From a virus (lineage: Duplodnaviria > Caudoviricetes), in the IMG/VR virus record IMGVR_UViG_3300037424_000993, positions 11,518 through 75,517 of that record: a stretch of DNA of 64,000 nucleotides; one strand, written 5' to 3'. Every line of letters starts with the position of its first letter. Position 1 is the first letter of the stretch. The notes under the pieces were generated by a model. The model did no database searches and was not told the origin of the DNA. It saw only the letters and a list, made by a program, of their open reading frames with translations. The translations under genes were made by a program, and so were the position numbers. Of the stretch, positions 43,179 through 52,594 are shown piece by piece.

Positions 43179-44651
43179 TTAGGCGGCTTGTGCCTGCCCG
43201 GTGAAGAAACTCCAGAACAGAGTGACGCTCTTGATCTTGGTGTTGCCCGAGATGAACACGGGAACTTCCAGATCGAGGCGCTTCGGGTTCTGACTGTTGA
43301 TGCCAGCCGTGATCAGCTTTTTGCTCGCCTTGGTGTTGACCAAGATGGCAAACAGTCCGAGCTGGTCAACGATGCCCGCCGCCGCGCTTTTCGCGCTCTT
43401 TGGCTTGCGAGCATTCGGGTTGACCGTGGGTTGATCGTCTGGAATCAACGGAGCACGCGCCCAGCCGGCAGAGGTGAACTCGAGCTCCAGGTTATAGAGC
43501 GTGTTCCAAATCTTCATCAGGTCGACCACGTCGCGATAGGGCGGCGGGTTCTCACCGGTGGGGTGATAGAACGTGACCACATCCTCAATGCGCACGACGT
43601 TGTCAACGACCTGACTCGTGCTGGAGCCGCCCTTGATGGCTTGATCGCGAGTCGCCCAGCTCCACTGCTCGCCGTCTTCTCCCGGGAGAATACCCGGCGC
43701 CTGCAAGCCAACGTAGTCGGTGGGCGGGTTGTTGTTGGCGATGGGCGCCATTTGAGCGACCATCTCCGCGGCAATCACAAAGGGCAGCGTGGGCGAACCG
43801 GGCGCCACCAGTTGCGAGTTGATGCGGTCTGTTTTGCGGGCATCTGGCACCGTGATAGCAGTAGCGACATCCGTTTCCGCGTCGCCGTTGAAGACCACGA
43901 GCGGGCGCCGCACGAGCTGATCCCAGCGAGCCTCGCCCCACACCTGGAACTTGCCCAGCGTCACCGTGTCCGTAGACTCCATGGCGTTGATAGCCATTGT
44001 GATCCAGCGGTTGCCGACCTTCGCCAGAGCATCGTCAACGTCCGGATTGTTAGTGCCGCCAGTGGGCTGAGTGAGCGCGAACACGACGCCAACATCCTCG
44101 TCCGGGATGACCTCGACAACGATACCGTCTGCGCTCGCGCCCTCCCACTTGGAGGTCAGCGTCATGTCGGTGGTGTTGTCTGCTGCAATCACCGGCATCA
44201 GCTCCACCGCGTTGACCGCGGCAATCATGTCCGTGATCACAGTCGCTGGAACGACCACGCCAGACGCCACGTTGAACGGCTCAGAGAGCACGCCGCCGAT
44301 GCGCAGGCGATAGCTGGAGGTCTTAGTGGCGGTCCCCGATGGGGTCACGTCGCCGACTGAAGGGGTGCCAGACGCGTCATCCGAAAGTGGGTAAACCCAC
44401 ACAGGGATGGATCCCACGCGCGGCTTGAGTTTCCGAACGATGTGATGGATCGGGCTGCCCGCGCCGTACTTGGCGCCGGCATCATCGCCGCTAGTCGCCT
44501 GCCACGCGTCCTCGCTGTAGGTAGCCGCCGATGCCCCTTGTGCAAAGACAGCGATTTGCTGCGGCAAGAACTGCGCGGTCGCTCCGCGCAAGTCCAAATA
44601 CTGCACGTCGATGCCGGTCACACTGGCGACGGCGGATGCGTCAATAGCCAT
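43179..44651 (-). CDS. contractile tail sheath protein (Mu gpL-like)
   Basis: AGAKYGAGSPIH...NNPDVDDAL...RDQAIKGGSST...NPKRLDL. Confidence 0.9.
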   Translation of the reverse strand: MAIDASAVASVTGIDVQYLDLRGATAQFLPQQIAVFAQGASAATYSEDAWQATSGDDAGAKYGAGSPIHHIVRKLKPRVGSIPVWVYPLSDDASGTPSVGDVTPSGTATKTSSYRLRIGGVLSEPFNVASGVVVPATVITDMIAAVNAVELMPVIAADNTTDMTLTSKWEGASADGIVVEVIPDEDVGVVFALTQPTGGTNNPDVDDALAKVGNRWITMAINAMESTDTVTLGKFQVWGEARWDQLVRRPLVVFNGDAETDVATAITVPDARKTDRINSQLVAPGSPTLPFVIAAEMVAQMAPIANNNPPTDYVGLQAPGILPGEDGEQWSWATRDQAIKGGSSTSQVVDNVVRIEDVVTFYHPTGENPPPYRDVVDLMKIWNTLYNLELEFTSAGWARAPLIPDDQPTVNPNARKPKSAKSAAAGIVDQLGLFAILVNTKASKKLITAGINSQNPKRLDLEVPVFISGNTKIKSVTLFWSFFTGQAQAA

Positions 44652-44702
44652 GCTACTGGTTTCCCTTCGATTGATTTTCCCCGCGCGCGGGCGGGCCCGT
44701 GG

Positions 44703-45698
44703 CTACGGGGTAACTGTCGAGTTGTTCGTGACTGCGAACTGGTGCAGGCTGGCTACGGGGTTACCGTCCGCGCCTGAGAATTTGATGGGTGCGGCGCCGG
44801 GCACGTAGTCCAGCAGCACCGTTTCGCCTTCGAGGATTGGCGTGTCGACTGTGAGCGTCACATCAGATCCCGCGACTCCCACAGCATTAACCACTGACTC
44901 TGTGCCTGTGAGCGTGTACGCGGCTGCAGCCGCAACGCTGCCCGTATCGAGCGCGTCGTAGTAGGTGAGCGTGATAGTCAGACCGTCCGCCGAAACAACG
45001 GCGCTGTCTGGTTGGAGACCAAAGCTGCCGCGCACGAATACCTCGCCGGAGTCGTCGCGCTCAATCGTGGCTGCCACGAGTTCAAGCGGCTGCCCCTCGA
45101 CCTGCGGCGAGAACTCTGAGAATTCGACTGCGAACGCGATGCGGGCCGCCACGATTTTCTGAATCGGTCGCCCCTCAATTTGAGGCTGAAACATGGTGAT
45201 AGAGCGCACCATGCGCCGCCAAACAATCTGGTCGCTCCCTCGGGGAAATCCCAGGTAGGTGTAGTGCGCAGCCATCAAGAAGCGACGCACAAGACGAACC
45301 GCCCGCTGGCACTCTTTCGATGCACGCAGATCTGCCGGGGTGTGCCCCTGGCTATCTCCGATGCTGACGCCGTAGCCGTAGCAGTCGACGTTATAGGTCG
45401 CGGCCAGCTTCTGGCGCGCCACAGTATTGGAGGCGCGATCGTCCGTGCTGGCGCTGTCGAAGCACACGCTCACAATCGGAGAGGCGTCTGCCGTGGGGTC
45501 GTCGGTCGTGTTCAGCCAGTCTTCCCATGGGTTGGAGCGCTCGAGAAAAACTCGCAGCTTCCACTCGTCGGGGTCTTCATTGGCAACGACGGCTAGCGAT
45601 TGCTGCATCGCCGACTCCACCGCCAAGATCTCAGCAATCTTGTCCCTGACGATTTCGAAGTTGTCTTGCCCCGTCGTGAGGCTTTCGATCAGTGCCAA
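44703..45698 (-). CDS. tail terminator/completion-like protein with C-terminal SwmB-like Ig domain
   Basis: N-terminal DNFEIVRDKIAEILAVE; C-terminal AVVSADGLTITLTY.DALD...VTLTV...V.LDYVPG...GNPVASL..FAVTN. Confidence 0.6.
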   Translation of the reverse strand: MALIESLTTGQDNFEIVRDKIAEILAVESAMQQSLAVVANEDPDEWKLRVFLERSNPWEDWLNTTDDPTADASPIVSVCFDSASTDDRASNTVARQKLAATYNVDCYGYGVSIGDSQGHTPADLRASKECQRAVRLVRRFLMAAHYTYLGFPRGSDQIVWRRMVRSITMFQPQIEGRPIQKIVAARIAFAVEFSEFSPQVEGQPLELVAATIERDDSGEVFVRGSFGLQPDSAVVSADGLTITLTYYDALDTGSVAAAAAYTLTGTESVVNAVGVAGSDVTLTVDTPILEGETVLLDYVPGAAPIKFSGADGNPVASLHQFAVTNNSTVTP

Positions 45699-45701
45699 CG
45701 C

Positions 45702-46082
45702 TTACGCCTGGTAGGCCTCGAGCCTGCACACCACGAGCCCGATGGCTCGGTCCGGTTGGCTCTCGATGATCTTGAACGTGTAGGGGTTCCCGTTGATGTC
45801 CGCGAACTGCACCAGCCACGGAAACCTATCCGTCTCTGCCACGTTGATAGGGATCCCGAGACCTGCCGCTGACAACGCCGCAATGCGGATTGCTACGGAA
45901 GCTGTCCGACCGCTAACGGCCTGACCCGTCTCGGGGTCAATGGAGTAGGCAACGTCCGTGGAGAGGCCCGTCAGGTCCGCGCTGGTGCCAGCCGGGTCAG
46001 TGATCGTGATGGCCCAACCGAAGCCGTCCAAGTCCTCCACGATAGTCGCGAGGTCCTGGGCGGCTTGCTCGCGCAGGCTCAT
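45702..46082 (-). CDS. head-tail joining protein
   Basis: SLREQAAQDL...GWAITITDP...DPETGQAVSG; synteny. Confidence 0.7.
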   Translation of the reverse strand: MSLREQAAQDLATIVEDLDGFGWAITITDPAGTSADLTGLSTDVAYSIDPETGQAVSGRTASVAIRIAALSAAGLGIPINVAETDRFPWLVQFADINGNPYTFKIIESQPDRAIGLVVCRLEAYQA

Positions 46083-46561
46083 CGCTTGACGACGTACCCG
46101 CTCTTGACGAGGTGATCGATCTGCGCCTGCCCGTTCGCCACGTCGGACGCCTTGATCTCCTCACCCGGGCCGAGGACGCCGCGACGACATGTCAGCGACC
46201 TGCCCTTAGCGACCACGTAGGGCGCTTTGGGTTTTACGCCCTTGGGTTGCACCTTTGGCGGTGGCCCACCCTTGGAACCATCACTGGCGCCGTCTATGGG
46301 CGGGCGCGGAGACTTTTCCGGAGGAGGCGGGGGAGCCGCGGCTGCGGGCGCCGGAGAGGGCTTCAACTCCTCGCCGGGCTGGAGCTCGCCAGCAACGATA
46401 CCGGGCGCCGGAGAGGACTTTGCAGCTGCCGATCGGCGCTTCTCCAGGTTCGCCACGAGCTCCGTCAGGGCCTGGTTGTTCAGGCCCTTGGTGTCGACCG
46501 AGAGACCGAGCTCTTTTCCAAGAGCGTCGGCCTGCTCGCTCAGTTCGCGATTGCTAGCCAT
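46079..46561 (-). CDS. gpFI-like packaging accessory with N-terminal HeH-like motif
   Basis: Directly after the capsid gene; ELSEQADALGKELGL...LTELV; Pro-rich linker. Confidence 0.5.
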   Translation of the reverse strand: MASNRELSEQADALGKELGLSVDTKGLNNQALTELVANLEKRRSAAAKSSPAPGIVAGELQPGEELKPSPAPAAAAPPPPPEKSPRPPIDGASDGSKGGPPPKVQPKGVKPKAPYVVAKGRSLTCRRGVLGPGEEIKASDVANGQAQIDHLVKSGYVVKR

Positions 46562-46562
46562 A

Positions 46563-47648
46563 TTACGCCGTCACATCCAAGCGAGCGAAGGTGTCGATCG
46601 CGGTGGGGATGGTCAGCGGGCGCGTGCCAGCCGACACCATTAGATGCTCACCGTCCGGGGTGAACCATGCGTTAGTAGTGAGATCGAGTCCTCGATCTCC
46701 GCTCGACATGCGCGCCGGCAGGAACGGCAGGGCCCGCGACTCGGGTCCGGTGATCCGGGGAATCGAGCCGAAGCTCAGGTCGAGACGCCCGGTCTCGCTC
46801 GTCATGATGACGTTGTCCGTGCTGATGTACGGAGTGGGCGTGCCGGTCTGTGGATCGTTGTACCAACCGTCGTACATCCACAGGCGGTACTCGTAGTGGT
46901 CGATCCAGATGTTGCCGCGGTAGCTCGCGCCTTGGCCGCGCGCCTCTGGGCGAATCTGCCCAATCTCCATGCGTCGATTGTCGAGCAGCGCCAGCACCTT
47001 TTCGTTGGCGGTGAACCGCTGCCATGCCGACTTTCCGAAATCGAGGTCGGTCGGCACGTGCTTGCCGTCGCGCCGCACAACGTCACCCAGTGCCGACAGG
47101 TCAGCGAGCGGGTCACCGCTCGTTCCGTCGAGCGCCCAGGTCGTTGATACCGTCGCCATGTGCGTGGCCTTCGCCTGAAAATCCAGGGTGTAGAGCGTCA
47201 CGCCCGCGTCGTCGATCAGCGTCAGGGTGCCAGTCTGCAGCACCTGCGACGCCATGAGCTCGATCGATCGACGAATCTTACGCTCCAGCTTTCGGAAGAC
47301 ACGAAAGGCATCCTCACCAGCTGCGGCACCGAAATTCGGATCCTGAAACGGGTCAACTCCAGGGCGACGCTTGATCATGTCATACGCATGAATCGCGCCC
47401 TGTTCCTTGAAGATCGGCGGCACAAAGGACTTGTTCGTGTAGAGCGTGCTCTCGTTCATGCGCGCCCCTGCGGTCAGGTCTTGCACCACGATCGCAACGT
47501 CTTCGTCGTCGCGCATGATGTCGATTTCCACCTTTTCCGAGTCGTGGAAATTGCGCGGAGGGCTCCGGAAACGCCCGGCAAGATGCAGCGGCGCCTGGGC
47601 TTCCTCCATGTACATCTCGATCATTCGGGTCGTACTGGTGTCGGACAT
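46563..47648 (-). CDS. major capsid protein (lambda gpE family)
   Basis: EKVEIDIMRD...VPPIFKE...IELMASQVLQTG; 361 aa. Confidence 0.9.
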   Translation of the reverse strand: MSDTSTTRMIEMYMEEAQAPLHLAGRFRSPPRNFHDSEKVEIDIMRDDEDVAIVVQDLTAGARMNESTLYTNKSFVPPIFKEQGAIHAYDMIKRRPGVDPFQDPNFGAAAGEDAFRVFRKLERKIRRSIELMASQVLQTGTLTLIDDAGVTLYTLDFQAKATHMATVSTTWALDGTSGDPLADLSALGDVVRRDGKHVPTDLDFGKSAWQRFTANEKVLALLDNRRMEIGQIRPEARGQGASYRGNIWIDHYEYRLWMYDGWYNDPQTGTPTPYISTDNVIMTSETGRLDLSFGSIPRITGPESRALPFLPARMSSGDRGLDLTTNAWFTPDGEHLMVSAGTRPLTIPTAIDTFARLDVTA

Positions 47649-47795
47649 TGTCTTTTCCTTCGTGTTTTCTTGAAGACAGAGGACGCACCTCTGCGCCCCC
47701 GCGGGCCGCGCATGCGCGAGCAGGGAATTTGTGATGCCCTAGTGTGGGCGGTTGATTAGTACAGCGTCGTCTCCGTTGCCGGGAACGCTGAGGGG

Positions 47796-48824
47796 TTACT
47801 GGTTGTCGAGTTGGGCGAGTTGCTGAACTGACGTCGGAACAATCCCGAAGTCGCGCAGCTGGTCGCGAACCACGGCGTCCACGTTGGAGTTGTCGCCGTC
47901 CGCATGAATGATGAGACGATCGCGATTGACCTCGCCCTCGCACAGAACGCGGACGCCCCATTTCGAAACGCTCTGAGTCACGAGAATGGTGAACTCGTCG
48001 CCGGTGTCGAAATCCTCATCACCGTCGGTGATAACCAGGCGCAAGCCGCCACCGGTGAACACCGTTTCTCCGCCAGCCGCTGCATCCATGACGACCGAAT
48101 CGCTGACCTCGGTGCCCTCTGGATCGGTGAGCGTGAACGTGCCGCCATCCGCCTCTTCCGCCGTAGCGGTGAGCACGTATGGTCCGAGTTTCACCGTTTC
48201 CGGGTCTGCCACCGTCGCTGCAACGGTCCCGTCGCCGGTGTTGCCACCGTCTGCCGTGACCGCAACGTCCAGCTGTCTGGCGCTCGTCACGTCGTACGTC
48301 AGCACGTACTTGGGGATTTCGAAGTCGTCGGATCCGTCTGGATCGAACGGCGCGACGTGCGCCGTAGTCTCGTCGCCGGTACCTTCGAGAGCCACAGTCA
48401 ACGTGATGAAGTCGTTCTCATCGAAGTCAGTGGCGCCGTCGGTGACGGTGATTTGAAGACCGCCTAGCGTGAACACCGCAGACTGTCCCGGGTCACCTGC
48501 CTCGAGCACTAGGTCACCGACAGGGTCGGAGTTCGGATCGACGAGCGAGAACGTTCCGCCATTGGCTGCCTCCGTGGTGCACGTTAGAACGTAGTCGCCG
48601 ACAATGGCATCCGGGCTGACCACGATCGCAGTAACCGTACCGTCTCCGGTGTTGCCAGCGTCCGCTGCCACCGATACGGTGGGATCCACCTCGGGCAGCT
48701 CGGTAGGGCGCGCCAGAATAGTGCCAGCCGCAACCGTGCCTTCCGACGGAAAGAACAAGCTCGCGTCGAAGAATCGACCGCCCTTGACCTCGATTGCACC
48801 GGTGTCGTTGTTAGTGACTTCCAT
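47796..48824 (-). CDS. head decoration protein (gpD-like) with two inserted repeat domains
   Basis: gpD-like AGTILAR, PKYVLTYDV and GEVNRDRLII segments interrupted by two ~95-aa GNTGDGTV...DF..GD.F.I.V domains. Confidence 0.7.
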   Translation of the reverse strand: MEVTNNDTGAIEVKGGRFFDASLFFPSEGTVAAGTILARPTELPEVDPTVSVAADAGNTGDGTVTAIVVSPDAIVGDYVLTCTTEAANGGTFSLVDPNSDPVGDLVLEAGDPGQSAVFTLGGLQITVTDGATDFDENDFITLTVALEGTGDETTAHVAPFDPDGSDDFEIPKYVLTYDVTSARQLDVAVTADGGNTGDGTVAATVADPETVKLGPYVLTATAEEADGGTFTLTDPEGTEVSDSVVMDAAAGGETVFTGGGLRLVITDGDEDFDTGDEFTILVTQSVSKWGVRVLCEGEVNRDRLIIHADGDNSNVDAVVRDQLRDFGIVPTSVQQLAQLDNQ

Positions 48825-48829
48825 GACGC

Positions 48830-49234
48830 TTAGGCCTGATTGTCCAGCTCGGCGAGCTGTTCCACGTGGGACGCGACGATGCCGTAGTCGCGCAACTGGT
48901 CGAGCACGACTTCGTCAATGTTTTCGTCGGTGCCGTCCGCATCGATGATGAGACGCTTACGGTTCACGTGCCCCTTGATGAGCACACGCGCCTTGACGTC
49001 GCCAGCGCCTGTGCGCTCGATGGCGTAGGTGAGCACGGCTTTGGGAACGCCGTTGCCGTTGGTGGACCCGCCGACGACGAACAGCACCAGCTTGTCGGTG
49101 GAGCTGTCGCGCGCCAGAATGGTGCCCGCCGCGAACACGTCGGTTCCCGCGAATGTTACGAGCTCGTCCTGCATGATCGCGCCTTCCAGCGCCACGCTGC
49201 CGAGATCGACATTCGTCGTAGTGATGTTTGCCAT
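48830..49234 (-). CDS. head decoration protein (gpD-like)
   Basis: FAAGTILARDSS...PKAVLTY...GHVNRKRLII. Confidence 0.8.
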   Translation of the reverse strand: MANITTTNVDLGSVALEGAIMQDELVTFAGTDVFAAGTILARDSSTDKLVLFVVGGSTNGNGVPKAVLTYAIERTGAGDVKARVLIKGHVNRKRLIIDADGTDENIDEVVLDQLRDYGIVASHVEQLAELDNQA

Positions 49235-49273
49235 TTCTGATGTTCCTTGGTGTGAGTCAGCGGGACTGGCGAA

Positions 49274-50584
49274 TTACAGCGTTTTGCCGCGTTTGGCTGC
49301 CATGAGAGCCGCAACCTCGTCGCCGAGATCCTTGCTCTCGCCACCCGATGCGGCAGCACCCTCGACTGCATCGCCGGCGGCGTCGGTCTCTTCCTGGCGC
49401 ACGTTCTGATCGTGACGGTTCATCGCGGCCGACATGTATTCGGCGTGAATGTCTTCGTCGAGAACGCTGGCGCCCTCACGAATCGCCTTGAACGCCACAT
49501 CGCTAGCGCCGGTGGTGTCGGCCATCTTGAGATGCGCGGTGACGCGCTTGCGCTCGGCGGTGACGCCGGCTTCGCGCCCCTCTTCGGTGCCGTCCGCGAA
49601 TCCCTTGTTTTTGCCTTCTGTGAACGCAGCGGCATAAACGTCAGGGTGCTGCGCCTTGAGAGTCTGAAGATCCATGGTCTTCTGTCCTTGTGATTGGGCC
49701 GCTACAGGCGCGGCGGGTTGTGCGGGCTCGTCACCCGAATTCTGCGAGTCGGATCGGATGGCCCGATCTTGCGTAACCATTCCTTCGGCCACCATCTGGT
49801 CGTATGCCGCTTGCGCCGCTTTGGGGACGGCGCGCAGCGACGGAGGCGCCTTGTCGATCATGCCGCGTTTCTTTGCGGTAGCCGCCACGAACACTGCGCC
49901 GCGACCGAAGTTTTCGTTCACGTCAGCGGTAGTGGTGCCACGTCCGCGCGCGATGGCTTCCGCGAACAGCTCGTGCAGCGCATCGAGGTACTCTCGAATT
50001 ACCGCCTTGCCCTCTTCGCTGGATGGGTCCGGGCGCTTGTCTGGGGCCTCGGTGCTGGTGATCTCAACCAGTTCTTCGTCGACTAGGTAGGTCGCTACAA
50101 CGCCAACGCTGCCGAATGTCGCGGCTGGGTTCGTGGCTTCGATCTTCCCACCAAGTGACGCGATGCCATAGGCGGCGGATGCTGCCAGGTTGGCACGTAC
50201 GCTCTTCGGCTTTGGGAACGCGTCGAGCGCCGCGAACGTCTCGAACAACCCATCCACCTGACCGCCAGGCGAATCGATGTAAAGCACGATGCGCTTGACG
50301 CTTGGGTCTGCTGCCGCAGTTGCGAGTCCCGCGTTGATCTGGTCGTAGGTGGTTTGCTCGTACCCGAACAGCCAGAGCCAGAAGTCCATCGACTTCGTGA
50401 GCACTCCCTTGACCGAAATCTCCGCAACGTCTCCGGCTACCTTCAGCCCACGCGGACTGTCAACCGCACCAACAGAGGCGTCAACGTGGGCCGAAAAGCG
50501 TGATAGCTGCTCGGCGCTGGCAGTGCCCGCAACCTTCAGTTTCGCGCGCAGTTCGCGCTCGAAGTTACGCTCCAGCAGCCACAT
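49274..50584 (-). CDS. S49 prohead protease with C-terminal scaffold
   Basis: IVLYIDSPGG, AASAAYGIAS, GSVGVV; coiled-coil C-terminus. Confidence 0.92.
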   Translation of the reverse strand: MWLLERNFERELRAKLKVAGTASAEQLSRFSAHVDASVGAVDSPRGLKVAGDVAEISVKGVLTKSMDFWLWLFGYEQTTYDQINAGLATAAADPSVKRIVLYIDSPGGQVDGLFETFAALDAFPKPKSVRANLAASAAYGIASLGGKIEATNPAATFGSVGVVATYLVDEELVEITSTEAPDKRPDPSSEEGKAVIREYLDALHELFAEAIARGRGTTTADVNENFGRGAVFVAATAKKRGMIDKAPPSLRAVPKAAQAAYDQMVAEGMVTQDRAIRSDSQNSGDEPAQPAAPVAAQSQGQKTMDLQTLKAQHPDVYAAAFTEGKNKGFADGTEEGREAGVTAERKRVTAHLKMADTTGASDVAFKAIREGASVLDEDIHAEYMSAAMNRHDQNVRQEETDAAGDAVEGAAASGGESKDLGDEVAALMAAKRGKTL

Positions 50585-52310
50585 GCAAAATCGCCCTTCC
50601 TTCGGTGTCGTCGTCTTCCCGGTTCACATCTTCCGGGTCTTCGTCATCATCGCCGCGGTTTTGCGGTCTACCTGGTCCGCGCCCGCTTCCAGCGTCGCCC
50701 TCGACCGGTGCTTTCTTCGCGGCTTCGAGCTCAGCGATCGGCTTGTTCGCCTCCGCGAGCTGCGTGTTTTCCAGCAGCAACTGCTCGACATTCTTCGAGT
50801 ACTTCGTGCCCGTAAGTTCGCGAGCTGCGCGCCCGCGCGTCATGAAGCCTTCAGCGATCATCTCGGCGTAACCGCGAACCAACTTCGACAGGTCGACCGC
50901 CGGCTTGATGTTCCCGGCCCAATCGCATGACGTCCACGCGCCGTGGATGTCGTACTGCCTGGCGTTGCGCCAGGACTCGAGCAGCCTCGGCGCATCAATG
51001 CGCTTGTCGAGAGCCTCGCTCAAAAGCCAATCGTGATAGAGCGGTGTGCAGACAGCCCGCCCGAACCAGGTCCGCACCGGATTCAGGTACAGCTTGTATT
51101 CGTTGATCGCGGCCTGCGAAGCAGAGTAGTTCGAGCTGAACGACAGCAGCAAAATCTCGGGCGGAATGCCGTTGCCCCAAGCGATGGCTGACACAATCGC
51201 GCGTTCGAATTCGCCGAACTTTTCGTCAGTTCCGTGCGACCGAAACCCCTTTGGTTCCTCGCCGACTTGGAGTTCGTCGACCACGACACCAGGGTCGTAG
51301 TCGGCAACATTGAACCGGCGCGACTCTCCTGCGTTGTCGGTTGCAAGCTCTGTACGCAGAGCAATCCCGGCGCTCGTCAACGGACGAGAACCAGGTTTCT
51401 CCTGGGTCTTCGTGACAACGATAGCGAACAGACCGTTGATCACTGCCTTGCGCAAAGCAGCATCGCGATACCGATCGATCTCTTTGATCGACTGCATCAC
51501 GAGCGAGAGCAGCGGTTGCCCACGCACCTCGTCCATGCGCTTATCAGTGCCGTAGACCAGCCAAGCCAGCTTGCGTCCAGACTTCTCGCCCCAGGCGGGG
51601 AGCCGCTTGGATTCAAAGCCGAAGCCGTCTTTGGTCTCCTGGCGAACGTGGTAAGCGACGTGGCGCCCGTTGCTGTCGAGCTCCACACCGTGGACGATCC
51701 GGTTGCCATTCGGTAGGCGACCGAGTGCTCCGCTCAGTGGCGTTTGCACGTTGGCGCCGTTGATCAGCTGGATGCGAGGCAGCTTGGTTTTTGGGTCCTG
51801 GCGCTGGACGACCAAGACATCGCCGACCACCAGGGACTCTAAGCGAATGATGGCTTGCAGCTCACCGAACGTATGCTGCTCCAGGTGGTCGCAAAGCTTT
51901 GGGTTGTTCGCCCAGAGACTGAAGCGGTTCTCGACCGTCTCGCTCCACTGGTCGAGCGCGCCTCTCTGCAGACCGAGAAGCGACTCTTCTGGCGTGGCCT
52001 CCAGGTGAAGGCCGACGTTAATCTCGTTGGTGACCATGCGGCGGATCAAGCCGCGTGCATAGAGATTGCGCTGGAACAAGTCGGCTGAGCGTGCCCGCAG
52101 CGTCCAGTAGTCCGTCCAAAGAAGGTTGGTGGCACCGAATCCGCCAGCGAACTTCTCACCGTCATGCCAAGCGTCGCGCACTGGCGCAGATCCGAGTGCT
52201 GACACTGGGATGATTGGCGCATCAGACGCAGGCTCTGGCGACCGCCGCCGCTTCGGCCGCGGACCAAAGCAGGCATCGAACAGGTCTGGTTTTTTTCTGA
52301 ACAGACCCAT
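50565..52310 (-). CDS. portal protein, lambda family
   Basis: LRARSADLFQRN.YARG...NYSASQAA...; ATG at 52310. Confidence 0.92.
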   Translation of the reverse strand: MGLFRKKPDLFDACFGPRPKRRRSPEPASDAPIIPVSALGSAPVRDAWHDGEKFAGGFGATNLLWTDYWTLRARSADLFQRNLYARGLIRRMVTNEINVGLHLEATPEESLLGLQRGALDQWSETVENRFSLWANNPKLCDHLEQHTFGELQAIIRLESLVVGDVLVVQRQDPKTKLPRIQLINGANVQTPLSGALGRLPNGNRIVHGVELDSNGRHVAYHVRQETKDGFGFESKRLPAWGEKSGRKLAWLVYGTDKRMDEVRGQPLLSLVMQSIKEIDRYRDAALRKAVINGLFAIVVTKTQEKPGSRPLTSAGIALRTELATDNAGESRRFNVADYDPGVVVDELQVGEEPKGFRSHGTDEKFGEFERAIVSAIAWGNGIPPEILLLSFSSNYSASQAAINEYKLYLNPVRTWFGRAVCTPLYHDWLLSEALDKRIDAPRLLESWRNARQYDIHGAWTSCDWAGNIKPAVDLSKLVRGYAEMIAEGFMTRGRAARELTGTKYSKNVEQLLLENTQLAEANKPIAELEAAKKAPVEGDAGSGRGPGRPQNRGDDDEDPEDVNREDDDTEGRAILHVAAGA

Positions 52311-52312
52311 GG

Positions 52313-52576
52313 TTACCAGTTCGGAACGATGCGAGTTGACGCGCCACAGAGACGCATCTCCAGCCACGCTAGTCGGTTTTCGAGCGAGTCTAGAACCAGG
52401 CGCAACGATCCGATCTGCTGCTTAGTGACAGTCTGTCGGGTTTGCCCCGTATCGAGCGAGTACTGGAGTACAGCGCCCGATGAGAGCGCGAGAATCGCAT
52501 CCTCGTACGCCACAATCAGCGCCTTGGTTGATACGACGCGGGCCTCGAGCCATTCTCTGTCAATGACGCAAGACAC
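52313..52576 (-). CDS. gpW-like head completion protein
   Basis: YEDAILAL...YSLDTGQTRQTVTK; between terminase and portal. Confidence 0.75.
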   Translation of the reverse strand: MSCVIDREWLEARVVSTKALIVAYEDAILALSSGAVLQYSLDTGQTRQTVTKQQIGSLRLVLDSLENRLAWLEMRLCGASTRIVPNW

Positions 52577-52594
52577 AATGCAAAACCTTTCAGC

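Noticed and set aside
43188-44360. 390-aa plus-strand ORF
   Set aside because: Antisense shadow of the tail sheath gene
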